A stretch of 64,000 nucleotides of DNA from a virus (IMGVR_UViG_3300024270_000011), one strand, 5' to 3'; positions 17,988-26,518 are shown, numbered from the stretch's first letter. A program made the numbers and translations. Notes: generated by a model from the sequence alone, not told the origin.

Positions 17988-18146
17988 TTAACCCTCGCAT
18001 TCCTCGTTGCGGTCTTCAATTCGTTCCTTGATTGCCTGGATGGTAGTACCAATCAACAGACCAAGCATCTGCACACACAGACAGCCAACAACACCAACGA
18101 GCACCCAACCGATGTGGTCAGGAATTTGACAAATAAGTTCTAACAT
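17988..18146 (-). CDS. 52-aa single-pass membrane peptide
   Basis: MLELICQIPDHIGWVLVGVVGCLCVQMLGLLIG...; own promoter and GAGG RBS; stop lies in the terminator loop. Confidence 0.65.
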   Translation of the reverse strand: MLELICQIPDHIGWVLVGVVGCLCVQMLGLLIGTTIQAIKERIEDRNEECEG

Positions 18147-18203
18147 AGTATCAACCTCTTTCCTTAATTTCTGTATTCATTATACCATGGGGGAGGGCTT
18201 TTG

Positions 18204-18941
18204 TCAAGCCCTTTCCCCACTATTTTTGAAAACTTTTTTCAAGTCCATTTCCTTGCGTGTTCTCTGGGGGATTCTCCAACACGCAGGGGAAATTTTAGTT
18301 TCAAGTTTTCTGTGCATTGCGTAACACTTTGCGAGAATTTCAACTTCAATTCTCACATCCTCAAGTCCTGTGTGGCTTTCCACAAAATCAACTTGCTTTT
18401 TCAGAAACTTGTAACAAGCCTCAGCACTTGTCTGAATGTTGTCGCTTTCGCTAATTAAACCATTCTGTAAAGCAAATTTTACATAGGAAACTTGATTGAG
18501 AACCACTTGACAAGCCATGTTCCAAATGCAAATGTAATCAGTTCCCCAAGGGAAGAACCAACGCCAGCGAGATTGAGAACAATAGCGAATTGTATTATTC
18601 AATGCTCTCTTGTCAAAACCCATGTTGTAAGCACCCACCTTGCGAATGGAATACTTTTTCATGTCCTCATGGATTTGCTTGCGAATGTTGAAAATGCTTT
18701 TCAAAGTGCGAGTGCCATTTTTAATGTCATCCCAATACTGGGGAATCTTTTCAGCAAAGTAGGCACTTTGCATCAAGTCTTTGTGGTCGAGGAACATTTC
18801 AGAAACCACAAAACTTCTTTCAAGGTAAATCTTGCCTTGTCTGTCACAGATTGCATAGCCAATGTCATAGCACAAAGGCTGTTCAATGGTGTTTGCTGTT
18901 TCAGTGTCGATGATTAAAAATAATTCTTTCTTGCGAGCCAT
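18204..18941 (-). CDS. DEDDh (DnaQ-like) 3'-5' exonuclease
   Basis: IIDTET (ExoI), AYNMGFD (ExoII), HTGLED (ExoIII). Confidence 0.9.
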   Translation of the reverse strand: MARKKELFLIIDTETANTIEQPLCYDIGYAICDRQGKIYLERSFVVSEMFLDHKDLMQSAYFAEKIPQYWDDIKNGTRTLKSIFNIRKQIHEDMKKYSIRKVGAYNMGFDKRALNNTIRYCSQSRWRWFFPWGTDYICIWNMACQVVLNQVSYVKFALQNGLISESDNIQTSAEACYKFLKKQVDFVESHTGLEDVRIEVEILAKCYAMHRKLETKISPACWRIPQRTRKEMDLKKVFKNSGERA

Positions 18942-19047
18942 GGGTATCAAATCCTTTCGTATCAACTGTAATTATTATAGCACTTTCATTTTGATTTGTC
19001 AATAGGTTTTTGAAAAATATTTTGCGCCCGGGCGAAAAGCTGACCCA

Positions 19048-19521
19048 TTAAAGGGTCTTGCTTTCGCTCACAAAATACTTCACTTCATACTGTGCGAGAA
19101 TGTCACGCACCTTTGCACTCTCTTTCTGTGTTGCACAGTAGAAATTGAAAAGGGTATATTTTCCAACATTTTCCACATAGTTGTGGGGAATGTCTTTCAA
19201 ATCAAAATGTACTGCGTCAGTCCATTCGTGGGGAACAGTTGCTTCAACTTTCCAAAGTTTGTCCTTGCGTGCCTTTTCTTCGCACCACTTAACAACATAC
19301 ACACCAACAAGGTTGCACAGAGCCACAATGCCAGCCTTTAAGTAAAGGTCAAGTTCACACATTAAGTAAACAGTGACAATTGTGTAAAGACCAAAAGCAA
19401 CAGCATTTACGATTGCGGCGACCCCTTTACCGCACTTCACAGTGGCGATACTTTTCACTGTCTGAATGATAACATTCAGAATGTTAAGAATGATAAATGT
19501 AATAAGTAACTGTGTATTCAT
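19048..19521 (-). CDS. Membrane protein, UPF0316/DUF2179-like
   Basis: Three N-terminal TM helices (NILNVIIQTVKSIATVK...) plus a small cytoplasmic ferredoxin/PII-like domain. Confidence 0.6.
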   Translation of the reverse strand: MNTQLLITFIILNILNVIIQTVKSIATVKCGKGVAAIVNAVAFGLYTIVTVYLMCELDLYLKAGIVALCNLVGVYVVKWCEEKARKDKLWKVEATVPHEWTDAVHFDLKDIPHNYVENVGKYTLFNFYCATQKESAKVRDILAQYEVKYFVSESKTL

Positions 19522-19564
19522 AGCGTTTACCTCTTTCGTTTCTTTCTGTAATTATTATAGCACA

Positions 19565-19810
19565 TCAATGCTCGTTTGTCAATACCTTTTTTTCACTTTT
19601 TATCATATTTTTTGTAAAAGCATCGGAGAACTCATCCCCATACTCATCGCTGACAAGATAGGCGAGGTATTCCATTACAGTGCTCACCCCATACATGAAA
19701 TGCTCATTGCCATTCTTTGCATCGTACCGACCGCAGAACAGACCGCATTCTGTCATTCCGTCAACTACCTTTTCGATTACTTTCTTTTCCTCTTGGTTCA
19801 GTTCTAACAT
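19565..19810 (-). CDS. Hypothetical protein
   Basis: 81 aa from ATG 19810, GGAGG RBS. Confidence 0.7.
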   Translation of the reverse strand: MLELNQEEKKVIEKVVDGMTECGLFCGRYDAKNGNEHFMYGVSTVMEYLAYLVSDEYGDEFSDAFTKNMIKSEKKVLTNEH

Positions 19811-19834
19811 CGTTCTATCCCTCCTGACATTATT

Positions 19835-20035
19835 AGTATACCACGTTTCGGGAGATTTTGCAATAGGCAATTTGCACAAATTTTCGCCCGCATTTTTGTT
19901 GAAATTAACTATTGACAGGAATACCGGCCCGCGCACTTGTGCACGGGCGGCCATTATACCACAGCCGGCCCGATTTGTCAAGTGGTAAAAATGCACAAAA
20001 ATTAGGGCGAAAGTTTGTGACTTTCGCCCATTGAC
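19835..20035. repeat. Back-to-back promoter cassettes, copies 4a and 4b (degenerate plus promoters)
   Basis: Two minus promoters, each with TGCACAAA 9-10 nt from -35; plus TTGACA without -10; GC hairpin between them. Confidence 0.75.
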
Positions 20036-20038
20036 AAG

Positions 20039-20425
20039 TTAGGAACGAGGGGCAGACAGTACCACCTTAAACTTTCGCCCATTGCAGTGGAAAAGCATTT
20101 CCCTCTCGGCGTTCGTAACCTCAATTCCCTCAATGCTTTCCAATCCCTCAAGGGCTTGCTTGATTTCGTCAATCAGCATTGCCTTGTCGTTGTCGGCTTT
20201 GCGTTCTCTCTTGGTTGTGGTCTTGGTTGTGGTGGTGGTCTTTGTTCCAATGGCTCTTGCCTTTTTGCTTGCCTTTTCTTGCTCGGCACTCAACTCAAAG
20301 AGTTTTGCTCCCTTGTCGATTGCTTCATCATCAGCGACCAACTGTTCGGCTTCCTCTCGGCTGATACCTAACAGACCCATGTGCTTGGCAATCAGTTTTT
20401 CTCTCTCGGATGCTGTCATAGGCAA
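20039..20425 (-). CDS. Hypothetical protein, paralog of 15430..15807
   Basis: Same position downstream of a wHTH copy. Confidence 0.8.
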   Translation of the reverse strand: MPMTASEREKLIAKHMGLLGISREEAEQLVADDEAIDKGAKLFELSAEQEKASKKARAIGTKTTTTTKTTTKRERKADNDKAMLIDEIKQALEGLESIEGIEVTNAEREMLFHCNGRKFKVVLSAPRS

Positions 20426-20507
20426 TCCCCCTTTCTGTAATTACATTATACCACACATCAAAGGGGTTGTCAAGGGGAAATTTGCATTTCCCCTTGACTT
20501 TTTTCCC

Positions 20508-20867
20508 TTAGTCAGCGAGGGAGAAATAAGCCTTACGCTTTTCCTCAGTTCGCACAACCACGCCATCAGTGACGAGCTGACGAACAAGAGCAGACACACG
20601 CTGGTTGCTCAGTTCGGCACAGGCAGGAATGGTCTTCATCAGGTCAGTGATGGTGTAGGACTTACCCTGCTCCATACCTGCGACAATGTCGCCCTTAATG
20701 CCCTCATTAGCCACCTGCACAGCGGTAGGCTTCTTCTCGGCACTGTTCTTCTTTGCGAGCAGTTCGAGTTCGTGGTCAATGAACTCAACCTCAGCCTCAG
20801 TCAGAGGGTAGGAAGCCTTAATCTGCTCGAACATCTCACGCTTAGTCATCTTCTTAGTGTTTGCCAT
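20508..20867 (-). CDS. 119-aa winged-helix protein, copy 3
   Basis: MANTKKMTKREMFEQIK start identical to copy 1. Confidence 0.85.
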   Translation of the reverse strand: MANTKKMTKREMFEQIKASYPLTEAEVEFIDHELELLAKKNSAEKKPTAVQVANEGIKGDIVAGMEQGKSYTITDLMKTIPACAELSNQRVSALVRQLVTDGVVVRTEEKRKAYFSLAD

Positions 20868-21220
20868 AGTATCAATCTCCAATCTCGTGGTAGGTCACGA
20901 CCCAAGTTTTTATTCTGTAAGAGGTGTCCCTCTTTACATTCTTATTATAGCACATTGGGAGTTGTTTGTCAAGAGGTTTTTTCAACTTTTTTTTTATTTT
21001 TTTTGTTGACCTCTCAGTAGGTTTTCCCTTACCTTGTATAACTATTATAGCATACTCTTTAGGATTTGTCAATACCTTTTTCAAAACTTTTTTAGAAATT
21101 TTTTGGTAATGGCTTTTTCCTTTTTTCTATAATAATTATAACATAATTTTTTTATTTTGTCAATAGGTTTTTTCAAAATCTTTTTGATGGGATTTTGTTC
21201 TCTCCCTTACTGACAATAAT

Positions 21221-21372
21221 AGTATACCACATCAGCCACCAAAATACAAGTGGCAAATTGCACAAAATTACAGGAAAATCTTTGTGCATTTTGCCTATTG
21301 ACAAATTGCTCGAAAAATGTTATAATGGAAGGTTAGGCCAAAACACCGGTCCGCGCGCACGTGGACCGGCCG
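21221..21372. repeat. Back-to-back promoter cassette, copy 5 (both promoters intact)
   Basis: Plus TTGACA 21298, TATAAT 21321; hairpin CCGGTCC/GGACCGG. Confidence 0.9.
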
Positions 21373-21424
21373 ATGCATTTTGGATTTTGAAATGGAAAAA
21401 GCGAGGGTTTCCCCTCGCTCTTCC

Positions 21425-21577
21425 TTATCGCGTTCTCTGCTTCGTTGTCAGCGAATAGGCAACCCCATTCTCAAAAATGACTTCGTCCTTTGTGATGGAC
21501 GCAACCACCATACCTTCGGGGTTGCTCATGTTTGCGCGAATCTCATTCAGTGCATTTGCTACTTCTCGAATACTCAT
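21425..21577 (-). CDS. 50-aa hypothetical protein
   Basis: MSIREVANALNEIRANMS...; own promoter and AGGAG RBS. Confidence 0.65.
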   Translation of the reverse strand: MSIREVANALNEIRANMSNPEGMVVASITKDEVIFENGVAYSLTTKQRTR

Positions 21578-21651
21578 AGTATCATTCTCCTTTTCTTTTG
21601 GTTTGTACTTGTATTATAGCATAGGTTTGGGGGTTTGTCAACCCCCATTTT

Positions 21652-21897
21652 TTACTTTTTTGCGCTTACGCTCTTGGGACTGTCATTGGTCAAGGGCATC
21701 TGCGGAGTGGGAGCTTGTGCTTTGGTGATGATTGCATCAACCTGCTCATAGAGTTTGTAAGCCTTGCTCGCCTTGCGATAGACTTTCTTCAACTCGGAGT
21801 AGGTAAGAGCATTGAACTGCTCGTCACTCATTGTGACCCCAACCTTTGCCAACTTGTTGCGGATAGATTTCAAACTCATTTCGGAAAACATTTTCAT
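21652..21897 (-). CDS. Basic hypothetical protein
   Basis: 81 aa, own promoter and RBS. Confidence 0.7.
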   Translation of the reverse strand: MKMFSEMSLKSIRNKLAKVGVTMSDEQFNALTYSELKKVYRKASKAYKLYEQVDAIITKAQAPTPQMPLTNDSPKSVSAKK

Positions 21898-21955
21898 AGT
21901 AACAACCTCTTTTCTTTATTTTCTATAATTATTATACCACATTTTTATTTAATTG

Positions 21956-22117
21956 TCAATAGTCTTTTTCAATTTTCTTGAACTTTTTTCTATTGTACGA
22001 GCCTTTGCCCTTTTTGTTCTCGACTACCGACCCACGCTTGCGAAAGTGCAAATACTGTTGCAGTTCTTCGCCCTCTTTCTTAAAAATGCGATTGTCAATG
22101 GTTTTCTTCTTTTTCAT
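21956..22117 (-). CDS. arfA: ArfA-like alternative ribosome-rescue factor (53 aa)
   Basis: Hand translation MKKKKTIDNRIFKKEGEELQQYLHFRKRGSVVENKKGKGSYNRKKFKKIEKDY carries the ArfA signature FRxR..NKKGKGSYxRK; own promoter (22161/22138) and GAGGTG RBS. Confidence 0.75.
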   Translation of the reverse strand: MKKKKTIDNRIFKKEGEELQQYLHFRKRGSVVENKKGKGSYNRKKFKKIEKDY

Positions 22118-22171
22118 TTATCTCACCTCTTGGTATTATTATAGCATACCTTTGGGGGTTTGTCAACCCCC

Positions 22172-22660
22172 TTAGGCAACTTTTTTCTTTCTGCCACGCT
22201 TAGGCACATAGTTTTTGTAGTCCTTGCCACACTTCTGCAAATTGTGGAGAGTGTCGAAAGTGACAATCTGTGCGCCGTTGAATTTGATTTGATACTCAAT
22301 GCCGTTCACATTGACATCACCACCAACCCAAAAGCCGTCATTATCCCAATCTCTTGCGACCTGACCGAAGTATCTCTGTACCCACATTTCAAAGTTTCTG
22401 CCGTTGTTGCCGTTGGTTACTTCGTAGTCGATTTCGATTGCGCCCTTGCGAATGAGCTGTTCCATGTGCTGATTAGTCAGTCGAAGCTGAAGCTTTTCCT
22501 TGCCACCCTTTTTGCTTGCTTCTTTTTCTACTCGAATGAAGCGAGGCATGATTTCATCAACGATTGCCATGTAGTTCTTCTTCTTGTAAGTGAAACCGAG
22601 GATGTAACCCTGTGCGCCACTAAACTTTCTGTAGTATCTGATTGCGTTTCCCTTAGTCAT
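22172..22660 (-). CDS. Putative PD-(D/E)xK-fold protein
   Basis: 162 aa from ATG 22660; NGRNFE...GGDV...YQIK pattern. Confidence 0.5.
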   Translation of the reverse strand: MTKGNAIRYYRKFSGAQGYILGFTYKKKNYMAIVDEIMPRFIRVEKEASKKGGKEKLQLRLTNQHMEQLIRKGAIEIDYEVTNGNNGRNFEMWVQRYFGQVARDWDNDGFWVGGDVNVNGIEYQIKFNGAQIVTFDTLHNLQKCGKDYKNYVPKRGRKKKVA

Positions 22661-22749
22661 TGTTCCTGTCTCCTTTTCTGTTCCGTTCTTTGTATCTTTA
22701 TTATAGCACCGCATTGACCGTTTGTCAAGCACTTTTTTTATTTTTTTTG

Positions 22750-22840
22750 AAAAAGATGAGGGGCTTTTAGGGGCGTCCCCCAAGGGGTTTGAACCCTTTC
22801 TGCTTGAGCGGCTCAGCATTAAACCTCACCCCTCATCTGT
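22750..22840 (-). ncRNA. tRNA-like small RNA with a T-arm
   Basis: AGATGAGGGG/CCCCTCATCT 10-bp terminal stem, TGCTGAG-CCG-CTCAAGCA arm, AAGGG-TTCAAAC-CCCTT T-arm, GGGG-ACG-CCCC arm, 3' T-tract; begins about 6 nt after a -10 box. Confidence 0.65.
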
Positions 22841-22846
22841 AAGTAC

Positions 22847-22998
22847 AGTATAACACACTCCCCAATAGAAGTCAATAGTCAAAATGCACAAATTTCAGGA
22901 ATTTGACCTCTCGCAACTTTGTGCAAATTGCCTATTGACAAAATGCTGAGGAAGTGTTATAATGGAAATTCGTGCCGCCTGGGTCGTGGGCGGCGCGC
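22847..22998. repeat. Back-to-back promoter cassette, copy 6 (both promoters intact)
   Basis: Plus TTGACA 22935, TATAAT 22958; hairpin GCCGCC/GGCGGC. Confidence 0.9.
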
Positions 22999-23014
22999 CA
23001 AAAAGGCGAGAGCG

Positions 23015-23233
23015 TCAAATTGCTCTCGCCCTGATTTGGGTGGGCTTGATGTCTGCGTGACCCTTGTAGGCGTAATACTCAACCCATTCATAGGTGTTGC
23101 CACAGTGGTCACAGCCACCGACCACGCTCATTGCGATTGTGCCTGTGTCGAGGTCTTCAACATCGTAGTGTGAGATAGAAATGAGGGAGCCGCCGCAAGT
23201 GGGGCAAGTGGGTTCATTCGTGTTAATCATCAT
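23015..23233 (-). CDS. Small zinc-ribbon protein
   Basis: CPTCGG...GCDHCG. Confidence 0.7.
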   Translation of the reverse strand: MMINTNEPTCPTCGGSLISISHYDVEDLDTGTIAMSVVGGCDHCGNTYEWVEYYAYKGHADIKPTQIRARAI

Positions 23234-23306
23234 GGGGTATCAGTTCCTTTCCTCTTGGTGTAATTAAATTATAGCACAACGGTTTGAAAATGTCAAGGGG
23301 AAATTC

Positions 23307-23756
23307 TCACATTTCTGCGAGAATTTCCAAGATGTTCTGCACATCATAAGCCTTGCCAGTCCAGTTTGTTCTGTTGCGTTCTTCATCATCGAAAAGCACA
23401 TCGAGAGGAGTTTTGCAGAAGTTCTGCTTTGGTGTGCCGTAAGGTACAATGTGGATTTCGTTCCAGTTGACACTTGGCAGATGTTTCTTGAGCCAATCCA
23501 TTTTGACTTCGGTAACTGCTCTGTTGTATTCTTCTGTGCCACTCTTGCTCAGCCAAGAGATAACTGCGATGTTGTAGCCATTTCTCTGGAGAGTGTTAAG
23601 TCTGCGAGCGAGAGTTGCAAGTCTAAGCAGAGGCTTTGCGTTTGCGTAAGGGAATGTGTCGCCTGCGATGAGGTATTCGAGCCAGTTTTCTACTCCATAG
23701 AGGTCAGCGATTGTGCCGTCCATGTCAAAGTTGATTGTGATGTTCATAGTCTTCAT
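23307..23756 (-). CDS. HAD-family phosphatase (5'(3')-deoxyribonucleotidase-like)
   Basis: FDMDGTIAD motif I, K, and LFDD motif IV. Confidence 0.85.
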   Translation of the reverse strand: MKTMNITINFDMDGTIADLYGVENWLEYLIAGDTFPYANAKPLLRLATLARRLNTLQRNGYNIAVISWLSKSGTEEYNRAVTEVKMDWLKKHLPSVNWNEIHIVPYGTPKQNFCKTPLDVLFDDEERNRTNWTGKAYDVQNILEILAEM

Positions 23757-23867
23757 TGTGTTTACTTCCTTTCCTTTTTTGTATCTTAATTATAGCATGG
23801 ATTTTCGTGTTTGTCAATAGGTTTTTGAAAAGTTTTTTATTTTTTTTGACCGGGGAAAGTGGGGGAC

Positions 23868-24542
23868 TTAGTCCACCCACTTCGGAAAGCACTTGTTGTA
23901 CTCTCTGCCCTTTGCGTCCCACTGGTGAATGTTCTTGTTGAATTTCTTGTGCATTTTCAGACAAGCCACAAAGATTTCCATTTCGATGAGTGCGTCAGCC
24001 AGTGCAGTGTGTTCTTCGATGTAGTCAGCATTTCCAGTGATGAAGCCATAGACAGTCTGTGCAGTAGTAGAGCAAGACTTCTTGGAAGAGGACTGGAAGC
24101 CATTCTCGTGGCAGAAGTTCGCAAAGCCTTTCTTGTGGCAGATGGTCTGCAAAGCCATCAAGTAAATGTCGATGAACTCAAACTCGTCGAGCAGTTCTCT
24201 GCAAATAGTCTTGGTAAAGTCGAAAGCAGAGTTGTAAGCCATTACATAGCGAACACCATAGAACTTGCAAAGGTTGCGAACGATGGAAAGTGCTTCGGCT
24301 TCGGTAGCCACCGCAGACATTTCGCCAGTCATCAGTCTTTCGCGATAGATAGGGAAGTTCTTCTTTGCGTAATCGTCCTGTGCGATTTCGTCATAGTGTT
24401 CCATTACAAGCAGAGAAGCGGTTGCGAAAATGTTGCCCTCTCTGTCGTGGATAGTGCAACCGAGGTTGTACATTCCAGTAGGATTAGAAGCTCCGCCAAC
24501 AGTTTCAGTATCAAGTGTGCAGTAAATAATTTTCTTGTTCAT
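23868..24542 (-). CDS. Second DEDDh 3'-5' exonuclease
   Basis: LDTET, AYNSAFD, HTALAD; paralog of 18204..18941. Confidence 0.9.
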   Translation of the reverse strand: MNKKIIYCTLDTETVGGASNPTGMYNLGCTIHDREGNIFATASLLVMEHYDEIAQDDYAKKNFPIYRERLMTGEMSAVATEAEALSIVRNLCKFYGVRYVMAYNSAFDFTKTICRELLDEFEFIDIYLMALQTICHKKGFANFCHENGFQSSSKKSCSTTAQTVYGFITGNADYIEEHTALADALIEMEIFVACLKMHKKFNKNIHQWDAKGREYNKCFPKWVD

Positions 24543-24649
24543 TGTTATCAATTCCTCTCTCAATTTCTGTATTTATTATAACATAGGTTCGTGGGTTTGT
24601 CAATAGGTTTTTCAAAACTTTTTTAATTTATTTTGTACGGGCGGTTGGC

Positions 24650-25063
24650 TCACATCGAGCCAACCATTGTAATCCCTCTGTCTTTCAACCATTCGCAGAA
24701 CTGTTCAGCAGGGAGCAAGTCCGCAAGGTCTTTCATTGTGTACATTCTTGTAACCTCTTCCCATTCCCACCTGACACGAATGGGCTTGAAAGTCTTTTCT
24801 GTCATTTTGCTTTTGTTTCTGTAGAAGTCGCCCCAACCAATTTCGATGGTCGGACGATTGCGAAATAGAGTGCAACCAGTTTCTGCATTTCTGATTCTGT
24901 GGTCACGAACTGCCGCAAATGCTTCTTCAAAGGTTTCGAGTGTGTATTCTGTCGTGTTACACTCGCCAACTTCCACATAGCGAATGTGATTCCAAATGGA
25001 AGTGTCGCAGTAGTCATCATTGCCGATTGCCGCATAGCATCTAAGGTTTACTAATTTCTTCAT
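24650..25063 (-). CDS. Hypothetical protein
   Basis: 137 aa, own promoter. Confidence 0.75.
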   Translation of the reverse strand: MKKLVNLRCYAAIGNDDYCDTSIWNHIRYVEVGECNTTEYTLETFEEAFAAVRDHRIRNAETGCTLFRNRPTIEIGWGDFYRNKSKMTEKTFKPIRVRWEWEEVTRMYTMKDLADLLPAEQFCEWLKDRGITMVGSM

Positions 25064-25121
25064 AGTATCAATTCCTCTCTCTTGGTTTCTGTAATTATTA
25101 TACCACGGCTTAGGGGTTTTG

Positions 25122-25445
25122 TCAACCCCTAATCGTAAATAATTCTGGATGTCTTTGACAATTTTTCATTACTCGCTTTTCCATTTTAGGTGACATCTGC
25201 CCCTTGCCCGCCATTCTGTAAAGACGATAGCACTGATTGACATTTGCCATAAATGCAGTTATCACAATGTCACGATACAAATTCTTAACAATGATAATTC
25301 CACTACTGGTTAGCAAGTACCTCTTTTCTTCTTCAATTACTTCAACTTCAAGCACAGGGTTTGTGAAGCCGAGAACTTCTTCCAATGCTTGCAGTCGGTT
25401 TGCTCGTTCCACTCCTGCGTGGAATGTAGTATTCATAGGTTTCAT
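25122..25445 (-). CDS. Hypothetical protein
   Basis: 107 aa from ATG 25445. Confidence 0.7.
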   Translation of the reverse strand: MKPMNTTFHAGVERANRLQALEEVLGFTNPVLEVEVIEEEKRYLLTSSGIIIVKNLYRDIVITAFMANVNQCYRLYRMAGKGQMSPKMEKRVMKNCQRHPELFTIRG

Positions 25446-25461
25446 CTTTAGTATCCCCCTT

Positions 25462-25644
25462 TCATGCTCTAAGTATACCATACTTTGAGATGTTTGTCAA
25501 TACCTTTTCGTACCATTTTTTGCGACTTACCAACTTAATGCCGAGAACCTCAGCAACCTTGTTGTAAGTCTGTTCGTCGATTGCGTTGCGTACTTCCTCA
25601 GGCTGTTCGCTCCAAGGTCTGTCAATAGTAATGTTCATCATCAT
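25462..25644 (-). CDS. Hypothetical protein
   Basis: 60 aa, GAGGGGG RBS. Confidence 0.65.
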   Translation of the reverse strand: MMMNITIDRPWSEQPEEVRNAIDEQTYNKVAEVLGIKLVSRKKWYEKVLTNISKYGILRA

Positions 25645-25674
25645 AGTTATTACCCCCTCATCTTTTGTACCTTA

Positions 25675-25795
25675 AGTATACACCATTTCGGGATGTTTGT
25701 CAAGCACAAAATTGCACAAATTTTCCACGAGATTTTTGTGCAGATTACCTCTTGGCAGAAACACCGCGCGCCACAGCCGACAGCGCGCGGCCGAA
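25675..25795. repeat. Back-to-back promoter cassette, copy 7 (plus TTGGCA, no -10)
   Basis: Boxes 9 nt from both -35-like hexamers; hairpin CCGCGCGC/GCGCGCGG. Confidence 0.8.
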
Positions 25796-25824
25796 AAAAT
25801 AAAAAGAGAGGGTTTCCCCTCTCC

Positions 25825-26034
25825 TTAATTGCTCTTGGAACTCGATTTGAAAAAGCCACCTACAAAACTGAGCAGAGCGCAGATGCCGAAAGCCTGCCAA
25901 AATGTTAGAGCAAACGCACAGCCGAACAGGCTCATCACCCAGTTAAACAGAAGCATCCCAATCCATGCCTCGAAACACACAACGCCGAACACCAGTGCCA
26001 GCGCGAGAATTACCATCAAACAACCTTCACCCAT
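25825..26034 (-). CDS. Small two-TM membrane protein
   Basis: 69 aa, hydrophobic with basic tail. Confidence 0.75.
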   Translation of the reverse strand: MGEGCLMVILALALVFGVVCFEAWIGMLLFNWVMSLFGCAFALTFWQAFGICALLSFVGGFFKSSSKSN

Positions 26035-26106
26035 TGTATCTATCTCCTTTTCTTTTCTTTGTATTATTATTATACCATAATTTTAATTGATTGTCAAGGG
26101 GAATTT

Positions 26107-26439
26107 TTACATTCCCCTCATTGTTGTTATTGCTTCCATTACCCACTCTTGAAAGTGAGATTTAATAAATTCTACTGTATCAAGATCAGCGCAATTAAAA
26201 TAATCTTTGCGAATGCGCCGAGCCTTTTGTGTTTTTAGAATTTTCATTCGCAAAAAACTTTCTACAAATAGCCTTTCGCATTCTCCGCCGCCAATGTCTA
26301 ATGATTGAAGAATTAAATAATCTTCTTGGAGCAACTGATTACTTCTACGCCTTGCATTAGTCGTTTCCCCAATTTTGATTGCCGTTCTAATTTCTAAATG
26401 TTCTGCGTAATACACTTCTGAATAACATCCGTAAGCCAT
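26107..26439 (-). CDS. GIY-YIG/T5orf172-like protein
   Basis: IKIGETTNARRRSNQL motif; more AT-rich than its neighbours. Confidence 0.55.
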   Translation of the reverse strand: MAYGCYSEVYYAEHLEIRTAIKIGETTNARRRSNQLLQEDYLILQSLDIGGGECERLFVESFLRMKILKTQKARRIRKDYFNCADLDTVEFIKSHFQEWVMEAITTMRGM

Positions 26440-26518
26440 TTTTACCACTTCTTTCTGTTTCTTTCTGTAATTATTATAGCACAAGGGGTTGAGTTTGTCA
26501 ACCCCTTTTTGCATTTTT

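Noticed and set aside
2167-21020. Long plus-strand ORFs in the early region (2167..3636, 6339..7403, 8306..8980, 9766..10902, 15499..16344, 20082..21020 and others)
   Set aside because: Antisense shadows of real minus-strand genes with biased codon usage; no RBS or promoter, and several run through promoter arrays
16340-21170. Recurrent TTTGTCAAGAGGTTTTTT as a CRISPR or mini-array repeat
   Set aside because: It is the -35 plus UP element of repeated promoters, irregularly spaced
22750-22840. Canonical tRNA gene
   Set aside because: No proper D-arm, no 7-nt anticodon loop, an extra arm after the T-arm and no CCA; kept as a tRNA-like RNA instead
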